DNA from: a virus
DNA length: 64,000 bases
Reading direction: 5' to 3' (one strand)
Virus record (IMG/VR): IMGVR_UViG_3300031649_000001
Span: 1 to 64,000 of that record
This document shows, piece by piece, positions 1-9,878 of this stretch. Within the stretch, counting starts at the first letter, position 1; every line of letters starts with the position of its first letter. Below the pieces are notes generated by a model. That model was not told the DNA's origin and did not search any database. It worked only from the letters and a program-made list of their open reading frames with translations. The translations under genes were made by a program, and so were the position numbers.

Positions 1-133
1 AAGGCGCCGGGTGTCTCATCCCCGTAGATGGAGCCGTCCTGCCAGCCCCGGGTGTAGTCGTGTACGGGGACGTCGAAGTCAACGGAGATCGTCATGTCGG
101 CATTGTCCCGGGCGGGCGCCCGGCCGGGTTCAC

Positions 134-364
134 CTATGCGATGAACTGCGCAGATACGGGCGGACCGCCCTCCTGTGCTTCCCGCTGAGGAGGCACGGCG
201 GAGGCCCCGGGCGCCGGGGTCGCGGTGGCGCTGCGCGACGGCGGGACGGACTCCTGGGAGCTGCTGGCGGTACACGACACGGCCAGCGCGAACAGCGGCG
301 CGCCGATGACCATCACGCAGCCCGCGCCGAACAGCGCGGATGCGACCGGGTCACGTCGTGACAT
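134..364 (-). CDS. small membrane/secreted hypothetical protein
   Basis: ATG at 364 with a GGGGGGAG RBS, directly downstream of rep; hydrophobic N-terminal stretch (LFGAGCVMVIGAPLFALAV). Confidence 0.5.
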   Translation of the reverse strand: MSRRDPVASALFGAGCVMVIGAPLFALAVSCTASSSQESVPPSRSATATPAPGASAVPPQREAQEGGPPVSAQFIA

Positions 365-381
365 CGTCAGCTCCCCCCTTC

Positions 382-1047
382 CTACGCGATGACCCGGCGC
401 ACGCCGCCGCGCGCCCCGACGGACATGATGACGATCTCCGTGCCCGGCACCGGGATGGGCGGCAGCTTGCCGTCCTTGCGCCGCGCCGTGGCGTAGCCGA
501 TGGCCTCGGACTGCTTCTCGGCCGACCCGAAGTACAGCAGGTGCGGGTGGATCTGGTACTTGCCCCGCCCGGCCTTCCACAGGAACGAGCGCTCCATGAG
601 CTGCTGCATGCCGCCGGACGCCGTCTGACGGCTGACCCCCTTGGCGCCGCAGCCCTGGGCGATGACGTCCTGGGTGATGGGCACCTCGCCCGGCCCCTGC
701 ATGTGGATGTACTGTCCGCGCGGATTCGTTTCCGCCAGCTTGCCCACGACGACCCAGAACGCGTCCTTGGCCACCGGGGTCAGGTTGTACCGGGGGAAGT
801 GGCTCAGGAAGGCTACAGACACCACCACGTGCACGGACGCGGTGTCGAACCACTCCGTCAGCTCGTCTGACAGCGTCGCCATCTGGTAACTCCCCTTCTT
901 GCGGATGGTGAGCTCGACCGAGGTCCCGGGACCCAGGGTTCGCCCAACATGCTCCGCCGCCTCTTGGGCGGCCGTAATTCGCTGGTCATCCCTTCTGTCC
1001 TCACCGCCGAGCACGATCACGTCGTGCATGCTTCGCCTCGTCGCCAC
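382..1047 (-). CDS. RepL-like plasmid replication/maintenance protein (wHTH)
   Basis: HTH-like ITQDVIAQ...VSRQTASGGMQQL followed by GRGKYQIHPHLLYFGS, typical of the RepL-family wing; adjacent to palindromic repeats. Alternative start with good RBS at 882. Confidence 0.65.
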   Translation of the reverse strand: MATRRSMHDVIVLGGEDRRDDQRITAAQEAAEHVGRTLGPGTSVELTIRKKGSYQMATLSDELTEWFDTASVHVVVSVAFLSHFPRYNLTPVAKDAFWVVVGKLAETNPRGQYIHMQGPGEVPITQDVIAQGCGAKGVSRQTASGGMQQLMERSFLWKAGRGKYQIHPHLLYFGSAEKQSEAIGYATARRKDGKLPPIPVPGTEIVIMSVGARGGVRRVIA

Positions 1048-1095
1048 TTAGTGGCCTCCAGTTCGCGCGTGCTCCACCGAAGTGATCTTACATAG

Positions 1096-1266
1096 TGTCG
1101 GGCTAACCCGACATGAGACACCCCTTGTGTCGTCCCAGGGTTTACATACGTCTCCCCTAATGTCGGGTTAACCCGACATTAGGCCCCCCTCATGTCGCAC
1201 CGGCCCGGCGTAGCGACGCGCAATGTCAGCTTAACCCGACATTGGACACCCCGTGTGTCGTCCCAC
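1096..1266. repeat. Three palindromic iteron-like units (core TGTCGGGTTAACCCGACA) about 64 bp apart; probable origin or Rep-binding sites
   Basis: Copies at 1096-1113, 1156-1183 (perfect 28-bp palindrome) and 1221-1244. Copies 1 and 3 are followed by GACACCCC..GTGTCGTCCCA. Confidence 0.75.
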
Positions 1267-1473
1267 CTGCGACAGAGGAAGGGGTTTCTGTCCGACTAAA
1301 CGCGCCGTACTCCACTCGCAGCATCAGCCGCGCCCGAAGGTCACACGGACGGAGGGAATTCACCCGCAAGGGTTGAACTCTGACAACAAACCTGGCATCG
1401 GGCTCACCACCGGCGCACACGGCGGCGCATCCGGCCCTCCCCGCAGACAGATTTCAGGTCGTGGGTTTACGCA

Positions 1474-1537
1474 TCGTTATGTAAAGCAGGGTGCGTCATA
1501 AGGGGGGTCGTTATGTAAAGCCTGGGCTTTACATAAC
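1474..1537. repeat. AT-rich GTTATGTAAAGC direct and inverted repeats in the putative origin
   Basis: TCGTTATGTAAAGC occurs twice, then inverted GCTTTACATAAC; TTACATA also occurs near 1088 and 1142. Confidence 0.6.
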
Positions 1538-1952
1538 TTTCGCGTTTCCCCTGGTCAGAGGGGCGGTCCCTTCTTAAATACGCGCGGGCGCGCGAGGGCC
1601 GCCAGCAGCGGGCTACAACCGGCCACCGCAGAGAAACCCCAGGTCAGCGTCCCCGGCCGCCGCCGTATGTCGACTTGACGTCACTACGCGGGGGCTCCGC
1701 GCCCCCACACCCCCCGCCAGCGCCTAGGGCGCGCTGGACCGCCCACCGCCAGCAACCTCAAGTGCTCGGGTCTGCGACCCTGCGCGCTTGACGTCACTGG
1801 CGCCTGTGGTCAGGGGTGCGGCCCGGCGGGCGCCTGACGCGCTCCAGGCGGCGCGTGGGCGGCCTGCGGGCCGTCGGGGCGCCCTTTCCCCCATTCGGCC
1901 GGTTCTGGGCGGCAGGATGGCCAACTACAGACGCAGCAGCAACGGAGGCACC

Positions 1953-2237
1953 GTGAGCACCGAGTCCAGCTACGGGCGCGACCTTGAGCCCGGCGAACCG
2001 AACGAACCCACGTCGTGCGTCATCGCGACCGCCGACGGCGGCCGGGTGGAGTGCGCCATCACCCGCAAAGACGCATCCACGTGGATCGCCCGGCCGCCGG
2101 AGCCCCACCACTTCCAGGAGGGCGACCGCTTCCTGATCGACCGGCTGCCCGCCGGGTGCGGCGTGGAGTTCGTGGACGTGATCGGGCCAGGGTTTGAGGA
2201 CTGGTCCGGCCGGAAGGCAACCCGCCCCGCTACGTGA
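1953..2237 (+). CDS. hypothetical protein
   Basis: GGAGG RBS with GTG at 1953; GC3-biased codons. Confidence 0.6.
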   Translation: MSTESSYGRDLEPGEPNEPTSCVIATADGGRVECAITRKDASTWIARPPEPHHFQEGDRFLIDRLPAGCGVEFVDVIGPGFEDWSGRKATRPAT

Positions 2238-2284
2238 CACGACGTTTGCACACCACACCCCACGGTGATAACGTCGTGTCTCAC
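2236..2284 (+). promoter_or_regulatory. sigma70-type promoter flanked by inverted-repeat operator
   Basis: TTGCAC-17 bp-TAACGT; GACACGACGTT / AACGTCGTGTC perfect 11-bp IR overlapping -35 and -10. Confidence 0.7.
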
Positions 2285-2292
2285 ACGGCAGT

Positions 2293-3216
2293 ATGACCGA
2301 GGGACCAGGCCACATGAAGCTCACACCAACACAGACCAAGGCGTGCAACGCGCTGCGCGCCAGCCCCACGCACAAGATCAAGTCGGGAGACGGGTGGAGC
2401 CGGGGCATCCCCCGCCCCACCGTGGAGGCCCTGGCACGCAAGGGCCTCGCGGAGGTGACGCTCACCTCGACCAAGCGCACCCGGCGCCACCGCGACGGCC
2501 GCACCTCCACCTACTTCACGATCACCTGGACCGCGGAACTCATCCCCCAGCAGCCCGGCGCCGACGAGCTGGCGGAGCTGGACCTGATCATCCGCAACCG
2601 GGAGGGCATACTGCGCCCGGCTCAGCGCGGGCACGCCGCCGCCTACGTGGCGCACACCGCGCCCGCCGTGGCGCTGGAGGGCAGCCCCGCCCGCGCCCGG
2701 GGCTACAGCGTGTGCCGCGCCTACCGCGAGGCGCTCCGGTGGCCGGTGCCCCGACTGCTGGACCAGGTGATGATGCTCCGGCACATGAGCGGCCAGGCGC
2801 CGCTCCCGCCCGGCATCCCCGCCCAGGACACCGGCGAGCGCACGGAGGTGTGGGTGCTCACCGCCAAGACCGACGGACCCCGGCCCGGCAAGGAGCTGGG
2901 CCGCGTACGCGGATCCACGCAGAACGCCGCCGCCATCGCCGGGAACAGCCTCCTCAACACGCGCGGCGGCTACCAGATGCGGCGGCTGGGCTCGCTGGAG
3001 GTGGGGCACTGGCGCGAGGACTTCCGTGCCCGTGGCATCGTGCTCCGGCTGGAGGCCGTCCCCAGCGAGGAAGGCTTCCGCGTCAGCCAGGTCACCGACG
3101 GCCAGACCCTGGTCGCCAGGCCGACCGCCGACGAGGCCAAGCGTGACGCCCTGGCCGACCTCACCGCCCTGTACGCCGCGCTCGCCCCCCAGGCGACGCC
3201 GATCCACGCAGATTGA
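2293..3216 (+). CDS. hypothetical protein
   Basis: Long GC3-biased ORF, first gene after the IR promoter (start may be 2314). Confidence 0.7.
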   Translation: MTEGPGHMKLTPTQTKACNALRASPTHKIKSGDGWSRGIPRPTVEALARKGLAEVTLTSTKRTRRHRDGRTSTYFTITWTAELIPQQPGADELAELDLIIRNREGILRPAQRGHAAAYVAHTAPAVALEGSPARARGYSVCRAYREALRWPVPRLLDQVMMLRHMSGQAPLPPGIPAQDTGERTEVWVLTAKTDGPRPGKELGRVRGSTQNAAAIAGNSLLNTRGGYQMRRLGSLEVGHWREDFRARGIVLRLEAVPSEEGFRVSQVTDGQTLVARPTADEAKRDALADLTALYAALAPQATPIHAD

Positions 3217-3227
3217 GAGAGCCCGTC

Positions 3228-4472
3228 ATGGCTGAACGAGGCCGAGACATCATCCAGGCGGCCATGGCCGCCTCCCGCCTGGGCGACGAAGCCGACCGCC
3301 TGAAGCGGGAGATCGAGGCGCAGGAGGAGCGCCCCCGCCCGCCCGCGCTCCGCTTCCCAAAGCCGATCCACGCGGAGCCGTCAGCCGCGTACATCATGGA
3401 CACGCTCCAGGCGTTCACCTCCGCCTGGGAGGACATGCTCCGCACGGGCAACGTCTCCGACCTGGCCACGGAGATCTCCGCCCGCAGCGACGAGGAGAGG
3501 GAAGACCTCCAGCGGCGGATCGCGATGATCAGGCCGGAGTACAAGCAGCGCATCCTGACCCTGGCCCAGGACGTACGGCCGGTCAACATGTGGCGCAAGT
3601 ACCGCGAGACGTACGAGCCGCACCCCGCCATGAGCCAGGCCCTGGTGAAGATGAAGTCCGACTCGGCCGTGCCCGGCGAGGTGTTCGGGCGGCTGCGCCA
3701 CCCGAACCCGACGTTCCTGCTGCCGGGCGCACCGCCGATCACCCACGCCGACGGCAACCCCGGCCGCATCCTGGCCATCTTCGTGTCCGGGGCGGTGTCC
3801 CGCAGGCTCCAGCGCGACGGCGACCCCATGCGCCTGGGCGACGCCGGGCCGGGCAACGCCTCGGTCCTGCTGGACACCCACGACCCCGCCGCGAACAGCT
3901 TCCACGCGATGGTCGTCTCCGAGGTCCACAACCCCGAAGGCACCCAGGTCATCGACATGGACTGGTGCCACCTCACCGTCCCCGTCCGGGAGGCGTTCAC
4001 CCTGGATGACCTGGTGTTCGCCATCGCCTCGGACGGCTTCAACTGGGAAGCCACCATGGGCGAACTCGCCGGAGACACCCGCTTCCAGTACCTGACGGAC
4101 GTGTCGCGGGCCACGGTGTCCCACCTGCTCTACGCGTGCTCACGGACGGCGGAGATCGACGACAAGCCGCGCGCCAGCCGACCGCCGGTCAAGCGGAAGA
4201 AGGGCGAGCCCAAGCCGCTTCCATCCGCGCGGATCCGCCGGATGGGCTGGGTGACCGGCGCCGCCATCACCGACAGCGTCCGCCGCCCGGCCGCCCACAC
4301 GGACGCCCCCGGCACCGGCAAGAGCCGCCGCCCCCACATGCGCGGCGCGCACCTGCACCTGTACCGGGTCGGCCCCGGCCGCCAGGAGATCGAACTGAAG
4401 TGGCTGGACCCCATCCCCGTGAACGCGGGCAAGGACGACGGCACCACCATCACCAACCACCCGATGCGCTGA
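3228..4472 (+). CDS. hypothetical protein with C-terminal PHxRxxH motif (AcrVA2/FinQ-like C-terminus)
   Basis: C-terminal RRPHMRGAHLHLYRVGPG...KWLDPIPVN; paralog at 44015-45223. Confidence 0.55.
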   Translation: MAERGRDIIQAAMAASRLGDEADRLKREIEAQEERPRPPALRFPKPIHAEPSAAYIMDTLQAFTSAWEDMLRTGNVSDLATEISARSDEEREDLQRRIAMIRPEYKQRILTLAQDVRPVNMWRKYRETYEPHPAMSQALVKMKSDSAVPGEVFGRLRHPNPTFLLPGAPPITHADGNPGRILAIFVSGAVSRRLQRDGDPMRLGDAGPGNASVLLDTHDPAANSFHAMVVSEVHNPEGTQVIDMDWCHLTVPVREAFTLDDLVFAIASDGFNWEATMGELAGDTRFQYLTDVSRATVSHLLYACSRTAEIDDKPRASRPPVKRKKGEPKPLPSARIRRMGWVTGAAITDSVRRPAAHTDAPGTGKSRRPHMRGAHLHLYRVGPGRQEIELKWLDPIPVNAGKDDGTTITNHPMR

Positions 4473-4482
4473 GGAGCACCCC

Positions 4483-4833
4483 GTGCCCGTCACCAACGAG
4501 GCCCAACCCGAGCCGACGCAGGACGACTTCGACCGGCTTCACTACCTGGTCACCCACCTCGTGGAGGCCGCCTTCGACGGCGAGCCCACGGTGATCACCA
4601 CCGACCGCACCGGCAAGGTCGACGCCGCCTGGGTCGCCCGTGACGGCGACCTGGAGCCGGTGGCCATGCAGCCCTGGCTCGCGGCCACCAGCGACAAGAC
4701 CCGCGAGTTCACGCTGATGAACCTGGGCGGGATGCTCCGGCTGTACGCCGAGCACCCCCGCCGCAACCCGCTCGTCAGCGTGGTCACGTACCCCGAGTGG
4801 CCCGCCATGGTCGAAGTCCACCTGTACGAGTAA
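4483..4833 (+). CDS. hypothetical protein, tandem paralog 1
   Basis: GAGGAG RBS; shares PxxITTDR.G...W, YA.HP and P.WP...E.HL with the next gene. Confidence 0.7.
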   Translation: MPVTNEAQPEPTQDDFDRLHYLVTHLVEAAFDGEPTVITTDRTGKVDAAWVARDGDLEPVAMQPWLAATSDKTREFTLMNLGGMLRLYAEHPRRNPLVSVVTYPEWPAMVEVHLYE

Positions 4834-4874
4834 CCCCCAGCCCGATCCGCGCAGATCGAGAGAGGACCAAGCCG

Positions 4875-5216
4875 ATGACCCCGACCACCGACGCACGGAT
4901 GCCGCTGGCCGCCAGCGCCGTGATGGACGACCTGACGGCCGCCGCCCGCGCCTACTTCGGGCGCGTGCCCGTCCTGATCACCACCGACCGGCTCGGCCGC
5001 TTCGAGGGCGGATGGACCCGGCCCCGGCCCGGCCGCCCGCTCCAGGGCGTGGGCCAGAAGTCCGGCCTGCCCCTGTCGGACAAGCAGCGCCTGCGCCAGC
5101 GGATGAGCACGCTGGTCCGCGAGTACGCCAAGCACCCGCAGGCGAAGGAGTCGGCCGTCCGGCGCGTGCCGGACTGGCCCGACTGCATCGAGCTGCACCT
5201 GTCCTGGGGCGAATGA
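4875..5216 (+). CDS. hypothetical protein, tandem paralog 2
   Basis: GAGAGGA RBS; similarity to 4483-4833. Confidence 0.7.
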   Translation: MTPTTDARMPLAASAVMDDLTAAARAYFGRVPVLITTDRLGRFEGGWTRPRPGRPLQGVGQKSGLPLSDKQRLRQRMSTLVREYAKHPQAKESAVRRVPDWPDCIELHLSWGE

Positions 5217-5279
5217 CCCTGCGCAGCCGGGCGGGCGCCCGCCCGCCCGGCCTCACCGATCCACGCAGATTGGAACACC

Positions 5280-5738
5280 GTGATCCTGCTCAGCCAGCGG
5301 GCCGCCCTCACCGGCGCCCTCACCATCCTCCGCGACCTCGCCGACCCCAGCCCCTGCGTCCTCACCGAGCACGGCCAGTGCGAGCCCCACCGCTGGAACC
5401 TCGGACACGAACCGTGCCCCCAGGGGCGCCTCCGCTTCCTGCTCAAGGAGCTGGACAAGCAGGGCCCCCTCCCGTCCTACAGCCAGCTCTCCCTGCTGGC
5501 GATGCTCCACGGGCTCGGCGAGCACCAGGAGGTACACGTCCGCGTCGCCGTCAACGGCCACTCCCACCGGGGCGTCCTGGGCGCCAACGAGCCCGCCAGC
5601 GGCACGACCCCGTTCCACGTGGATGTAGCCCACGGTGAGCGGGTCGAGCAGGTCGGCGCGGACGACATCCTTGAGGCCGACGTGTGCACCCGGTCGCTGC
5701 TCGGCGTCCCGCTCGACCCCACCCACGACCCGGCCTAG
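5280..5738 (+). CDS. hypothetical protein
   Basis: GC3-biased ORF. Confidence 0.6.
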   Translation: MILLSQRAALTGALTILRDLADPSPCVLTEHGQCEPHRWNLGHEPCPQGRLRFLLKELDKQGPLPSYSQLSLLAMLHGLGEHQEVHVRVAVNGHSHRGVLGANEPASGTTPFHVDVAHGERVEQVGADDILEADVCTRSLLGVPLDPTHDPA

Positions 5739-5746
5739 GAGGGCCC

Positions 5747-6070
5747 GTGCTGCTCGACTTCGCCAACCATGAGCCGGTGCTCGTGTACTTCGAGCCCGAC
5801 CGCGTCACGGTCCCGGCCGAGGTGTGCGGCACCGACTCCGACGAGGAAACCGGCGTCTGGGTACCGGTCACCCAGTGCGCCATCGCCGCCGCCAACCAGC
5901 TCCCCGACGGCGCCCTCAACGAGAACGTGATCACCCTCGACCCGCCGTGCTCCTCCTGCGGACGGCGCTCGACCATGAGCCGGTGGGGACCGGACGCCAC
6001 CGGCGCCACCGGCTGGCAGTGCCACGCCATGGACTGCCTCCAGGACACCGAGGACGGAGTGTTCGAGTGA
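5747..6070 (+). CDS. hypothetical Cys-rich (zinc-ribbon) protein
   Basis: AGGAGG RBS; CSSC...CHAMDC. Confidence 0.6.
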   Translation: MLLDFANHEPVLVYFEPDRVTVPAEVCGTDSDEETGVWVPVTQCAIAAANQLPDGALNENVITLDPPCSSCGRRSTMSRWGPDATGATGWQCHAMDCLQDTEDGVFE

Positions 6071-6072
6071 CC

Positions 6073-6321
6073 ATGGCCATCGCCGACTACGTGAGCGCCG
6101 CCGGGTGGATGCGCCTGGGCCAGCGCCGGGACGACACCCTCGTCCGCTGGCTGGAGCTCCACCCGTACAGCGAGGTGCACGAAGCCGCCGAAGCCCTGGC
6201 CCGCACCCGCTGGTCCACCCACCGGCGCCTCCTGAGGCTGGAACACGAAGGCCGCGTCCGATCCGCGCTGATGGACGGCCCGGTCTTCTACACCACCGTC
6301 TACGAGGCGACCGGCCGCTGA
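6073..6321 (+). CDS. small winged-HTH protein
   Basis: EVHEAAEALARTRWSTHRRLLRLEHEGRV fits a wHTH pattern. Confidence 0.55.
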   Translation: MAIADYVSAAGWMRLGQRRDDTLVRWLELHPYSEVHEAAEALARTRWSTHRRLLRLEHEGRVRSALMDGPVFYTTVYEATGR

Positions 6322-6407
6322 CGCTCCCCGGCGGACGCTGGAGGACCTGCCAGCGCCCGCCGGGCCCCGTCAACGCACCCGCCCACCACACGTCCGGAGA
6401 GAGCGAC

Positions 6408-7046
6408 TTGAGCGACACCACCACCCCGGAGCCGGTCACCGACCCGGCCGCCGACCCCATCGGCTACGTCCAGCGCAACATCTGGCCGCCCCTGCCCACG
6501 GTGTTCGGCGTCTGGCTGGGCGACCTGATCCACCGGGCCAAGGCCGGAGTGGATCCCGACCTGGAGCTGGCCGTCCCCGACGCCGTCCTGGAGACCGGCG
6601 TCTTCCTGCCGCTGTGCCGCAAGGACGGCGACACCATCGTCATCACCCTCGGGCGCGCGCTCACTCTGTTCGGCCTGGAGGAGCTGCTGTTCCCCGACGA
6701 CGAGGAGCACGCGGCCAGCCCGATCACCGTGTTCGAGCCGCTGGTCGCGCTGACCCTGGCCAACACCGCCGACGCCCAGACCGTGGCCGACGACTACAAC
6801 CCCCAGACCGTGAAGGAGCTGGCCGACACACTGACCGCCGGGGAGTGGCGCTTCGACATGACCGCCCGGATCCGCGTGGATCACCAAGGGCGCCTCACGT
6901 CCGGCCTCAACACCCTGCTGGCCATCGTCAAGGCGAACACCCCGGCGCCCGCCCTGGCCTTCTACGACACCGACGACACCGGAGCCGTGCCCCTCACCTG
7001 GCGCGGCCCGGCCGGATGGAACGACGGAGCACCGCATGACCACTGA
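6408..7046 (+). CDS. hypothetical protein with degenerate ParB/Srx-like C-terminal domain
   Basis: VKELADTLTAGEWRF...IRVDHQGRLTSG.NTLLAIV aligns with the ParB-like domain of 13463-14794. Confidence 0.55.
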   Translation: MSDTTTPEPVTDPAADPIGYVQRNIWPPLPTVFGVWLGDLIHRAKAGVDPDLELAVPDAVLETGVFLPLCRKDGDTIVITLGRALTLFGLEELLFPDDEEHAASPITVFEPLVALTLANTADAQTVADDYNPQTVKELADTLTAGEWRFDMTARIRVDHQGRLTSGLNTLLAIVKANTPAPALAFYDTDDTGAVPLTWRGPAGWNDGAPHDH

Positions 7047-8217
7047 ACCGCCGACCGGCGAGACGCCGCCGAAGTACTACCGCATCCACGCATCCACCGC
7101 CGTCAGCGACGTCCTGGACGGCATCAACGAAGACGACCTCGTCCACGCCCTGACGGACCTGGAGGTCGACCCGATGGACGTCGGCGAGGACTACTACGAG
7201 GAGCACGCCGCCCGCGCCACCGACGAGGAGCGCGCCACCTGGGGCAAGGCGTACGAGACCTTCACCGCCGAGATCCAGCGGGCCGACGACAACCTGTCCG
7301 CCGCCCGCGCCGCCTGGGAGACGGCCCAGGGCCTCCACTCCGCCGCCATCGAGGACGCCTGGAACGACTACGCCCCCACCGACGCCGCCGTCACCGAGCG
7401 CCGCGATGAGGTCGTGGAGATGCGGCTGGAGGCGGAGGCGGCGGAGCGCCGCGCCCAGGCCCAGGCCGCGCAGGACGCCCAGGACCGGGAAGACGCCGAA
7501 CTCGGCCCGCGCACCTGGGTCACGTACACGCCCTACCGCCGGAGCGTGAAGGTCGCCCCGGACATGATGGTGCCGGTCATCCACGTGGCTGGCTGCAAGG
7601 TCACCGGGGGCCACGAGCACCTGCCGTACGCCAACGAGTACAAGGAGGCCCGCCGCCCGCAGGTGGAGGAGGTGCTGCTGGCCGGGGCGTTCCGCTACGC
7701 GCGCGGCTCCGCCACCACCGACAAGCTGCCGACCAAACTGTGCGGCCGGTGCAAGCCACAGGAGTCCCTGCACAAGGCACTCGGCACCGTCTACGACGAC
7801 TGGCTGGAGGGCGTGGAGTCCATCCAGGACCCGATGCCCACGGAGAAGGGAATGGCCACCGCGCTCAAGCTCAAGGACGAGTGGCGCACCCGCCAGACCC
7901 CCGGCTACAGCCTCGTGAGCGACAAGTACCAGCGGGCAGAGAACCTGATCGAGCCGCACGAGGTGCTGATCGGCTGGTACGACCCGGACAGGAACTCCAT
8001 CCTGCCGAACGAGCCCGCCCTTGAGCGGCTGCTGGAGATCCTGCCGGACCGTGGCTTCGCCGCCCGCCGGATCAAGGAGCCCGCCGCATTCCGCGCGGGC
8101 GACAAGATCTCGGACACGGGCGTCGCCGTCCGCCGCCTCACCAAGGCGGAGATCCGCCGCCGCAAGGAGGGCACCGGCCCGGCCGCCGTGGTGGACCTGG
8201 AGGGCACCGATGGCTGA
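7036..8217 (+). CDS. hypothetical protein (coiled-coil N-half, H..C/C..C motif)
   Basis: 393-aa GC3-biased ORF. Confidence 0.75.
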   Translation: MTTEPPTGETPPKYYRIHASTAVSDVLDGINEDDLVHALTDLEVDPMDVGEDYYEEHAARATDEERATWGKAYETFTAEIQRADDNLSAARAAWETAQGLHSAAIEDAWNDYAPTDAAVTERRDEVVEMRLEAEAAERRAQAQAAQDAQDREDAELGPRTWVTYTPYRRSVKVAPDMMVPVIHVAGCKVTGGHEHLPYANEYKEARRPQVEEVLLAGAFRYARGSATTDKLPTKLCGRCKPQESLHKALGTVYDDWLEGVESIQDPMPTEKGMATALKLKDEWRTRQTPGYSLVSDKYQRAENLIEPHEVLIGWYDPDRNSILPNEPALERLLEILPDRGFAARRIKEPAAFRAGDKISDTGVAVRRLTKAEIRRRKEGTGPAAVVDLEGTDG

Positions 8218-8377
8218 ACAGACCGCGCCGCCGCAGACCGGCCGGTGCGTGTACTGCCGCCTGAACGTCACCCGCGAAGACGATGACGCGCTGTGGAGGA
8301 CCGCCACCGGCGCCTGGAAGTGCCTGTTCCACCCCAACGCGGGCCACTCCAAAGTGACCCCCCACAAGGTGAGTTGA
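8210..8377 (+). CDS. small Cys-containing hypothetical protein
   Basis: GGAGG RBS, overlaps upstream stop; CVYC motif. Confidence 0.5.
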   Translation: MAEQTAPPQTGRCVYCRLNVTREDDDALWRTATGAWKCLFHPNAGHSKVTPHKVS

Positions 8378-8379
8378 CC

Positions 8380-9183
8380 ATGGCCGTCATACACAGACAG
8401 GGGTACGTCTGCCGCAAGGCCGACCAGATCATCCACCCCGACCACGAGACGGAGCGTCAGGTGCTGGAGCGGCACCTGTGGCAGATGCGCGGGCTGGTGG
8501 TGGCGCACCAGATGCTGGCCGACGTCTGCCCCGAGGTGGCCGCCGGGCGCGCCCGCCTCGCGCTGGCCGTCCGCAAGTGCGAGTTCACCGTCGACCACCG
8601 GCCGCTGGATCTGCGCATCCTCCTGGCCGAGTGCTTCACCTGCCCCGACCCCGAGCCCCTGGAGCCGATCATGCCCACCGACCCCGCCGAAGCAGAGGTC
8701 GTGCACGCCGCCGCCCTGAACACCATCGGCCGCCTGCGCTACTACGCCCAGCACGATCCCCATCTGCGTGGATTGGTGGAGGAGTTCGACGCCGCCGTGG
8801 CGACCGGCCTGGTGGGCGTCCCGCCCGGCGACGTCGCCGCCCGCACCCACACCGAGGCCGCGCCCACCGAGCAGGAGCGGGAGTTCGAGGAGCTGCTGTC
8901 CCAGTCCAGCCTGGGCACCCCCGGCGCCAGGGCACTGACCGAGCGGACGCGGGAAGACCAGGACTCCCAGGACCACCTGATCGTCCGCCGCGTCTTCACC
9001 CGGGCCGTGGACGACCTGTACGCGGACCAGGGGTGGGACGGGGCGGTGGAGATGCTGGCGGCCCTGCCGGGCCACTTCCTGCGCCAGGTGCGCCTGGTCC
9101 TGGCGGACATCGCCGGGATCACCAGCGAGGCCCAGGCCGCCCGGCCGCGCCCGACCGACCCGGCCCCCGAAGCCCACTCCTGA
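8380..9183 (+). CDS. hypothetical protein
   Basis: GC3-biased ORF coupled to the upstream gene. Confidence 0.7.
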   Translation: MAVIHRQGYVCRKADQIIHPDHETERQVLERHLWQMRGLVVAHQMLADVCPEVAAGRARLALAVRKCEFTVDHRPLDLRILLAECFTCPDPEPLEPIMPTDPAEAEVVHAAALNTIGRLRYYAQHDPHLRGLVEEFDAAVATGLVGVPPGDVAARTHTEAAPTEQEREFEELLSQSSLGTPGARALTERTREDQDSQDHLIVRRVFTRAVDDLYADQGWDGAVEMLAALPGHFLRQVRLVLADIAGITSEAQAARPRPTDPAPEAHS

Positions 9184-9205
9184 TCCGCGCAGATAGGACC
9201 AAGCC

Positions 9206-9790
9206 ATGAACGACGCACCCGCCTCCGCCTGCAACCTGGCCCGCCAGTCCGCCAACCTCGCCCAGCACCTGGCCCTCACCAACGGGCAGCCCGGCCTGTC
9301 CGGCATGGACGCCGCCACCGACGTCATCAAGCACCTGGCCTACGTCGCCGAACAGCTCGGGCTGGACGCCATGCTCGTGTGCGAGTTCCTGCGCGCCGAG
9401 GTGGAGGCGGGCCGGGTGGAGCTGCACCCCGGCCTGCCACCCAGGGAGGCGGACCGCACGGACGTGACCCAGAACAAGGGGCTCATCTTCCTGGGCGGGC
9501 GGTCCGTGGCCGCCGCGCAGGACGCCTCCGCCCGCGCCCTGAACGGCATGCACGAGCTGATGCAGCAGCTCGCGACCAAGGACAACCTTCCCGAGCGGAT
9601 CGGCACGGACCCGGCGCTGCGGTCCAAGGGCTTCGCCATGAACCTGCTCCACGCGGCGGTCCTGCGCGACTGGGAGCTGGTCAACACCCTCGCCGAGCGC
9701 ATGTCCGGCGACGACGCCCGCGACCTCATTGACGTTCTCCAGTCCACCGTCAGCACCGTGAGCCAGGCCCATGGGTTCATCACTGAGTGA
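9206..9790 (+). CDS. hypothetical protein
   Basis: AGGA RBS after a 12-bp motif; GC3 bias. Confidence 0.7.
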   Translation: MNDAPASACNLARQSANLAQHLALTNGQPGLSGMDAATDVIKHLAYVAEQLGLDAMLVCEFLRAEVEAGRVELHPGLPPREADRTDVTQNKGLIFLGGRSVAAAQDASARALNGMHELMQQLATKDNLPERIGTDPALRSKGFAMNLLHAAVLRDWELVNTLAERMSGDDARDLIDVLQSTVSTVSQAHGFITE

Positions 9791-9878
9791 CGGAGCGAAC
9801 ATCCGCGTGGGTGAAGGCACGATGGCTGACGCATGACGCGCGTGCAATACTGGTGTCACATCGGACCATGGGAAGAAG

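Noticed and set aside
1096-1266. Palindromic repeats with ~64-bp period as a CRISPR array
   Set aside because: Only three imperfect units, the spacers resemble each other, no cas genes are present, and the repeats abut rep. Iterons or operators fit better.
1690-1720. GGGGGCTCCGCGCCCCCACACCCCC as an oriT or REP element
   Set aside because: Single copy with no relaxase or transposase in the window; support is insufficient.
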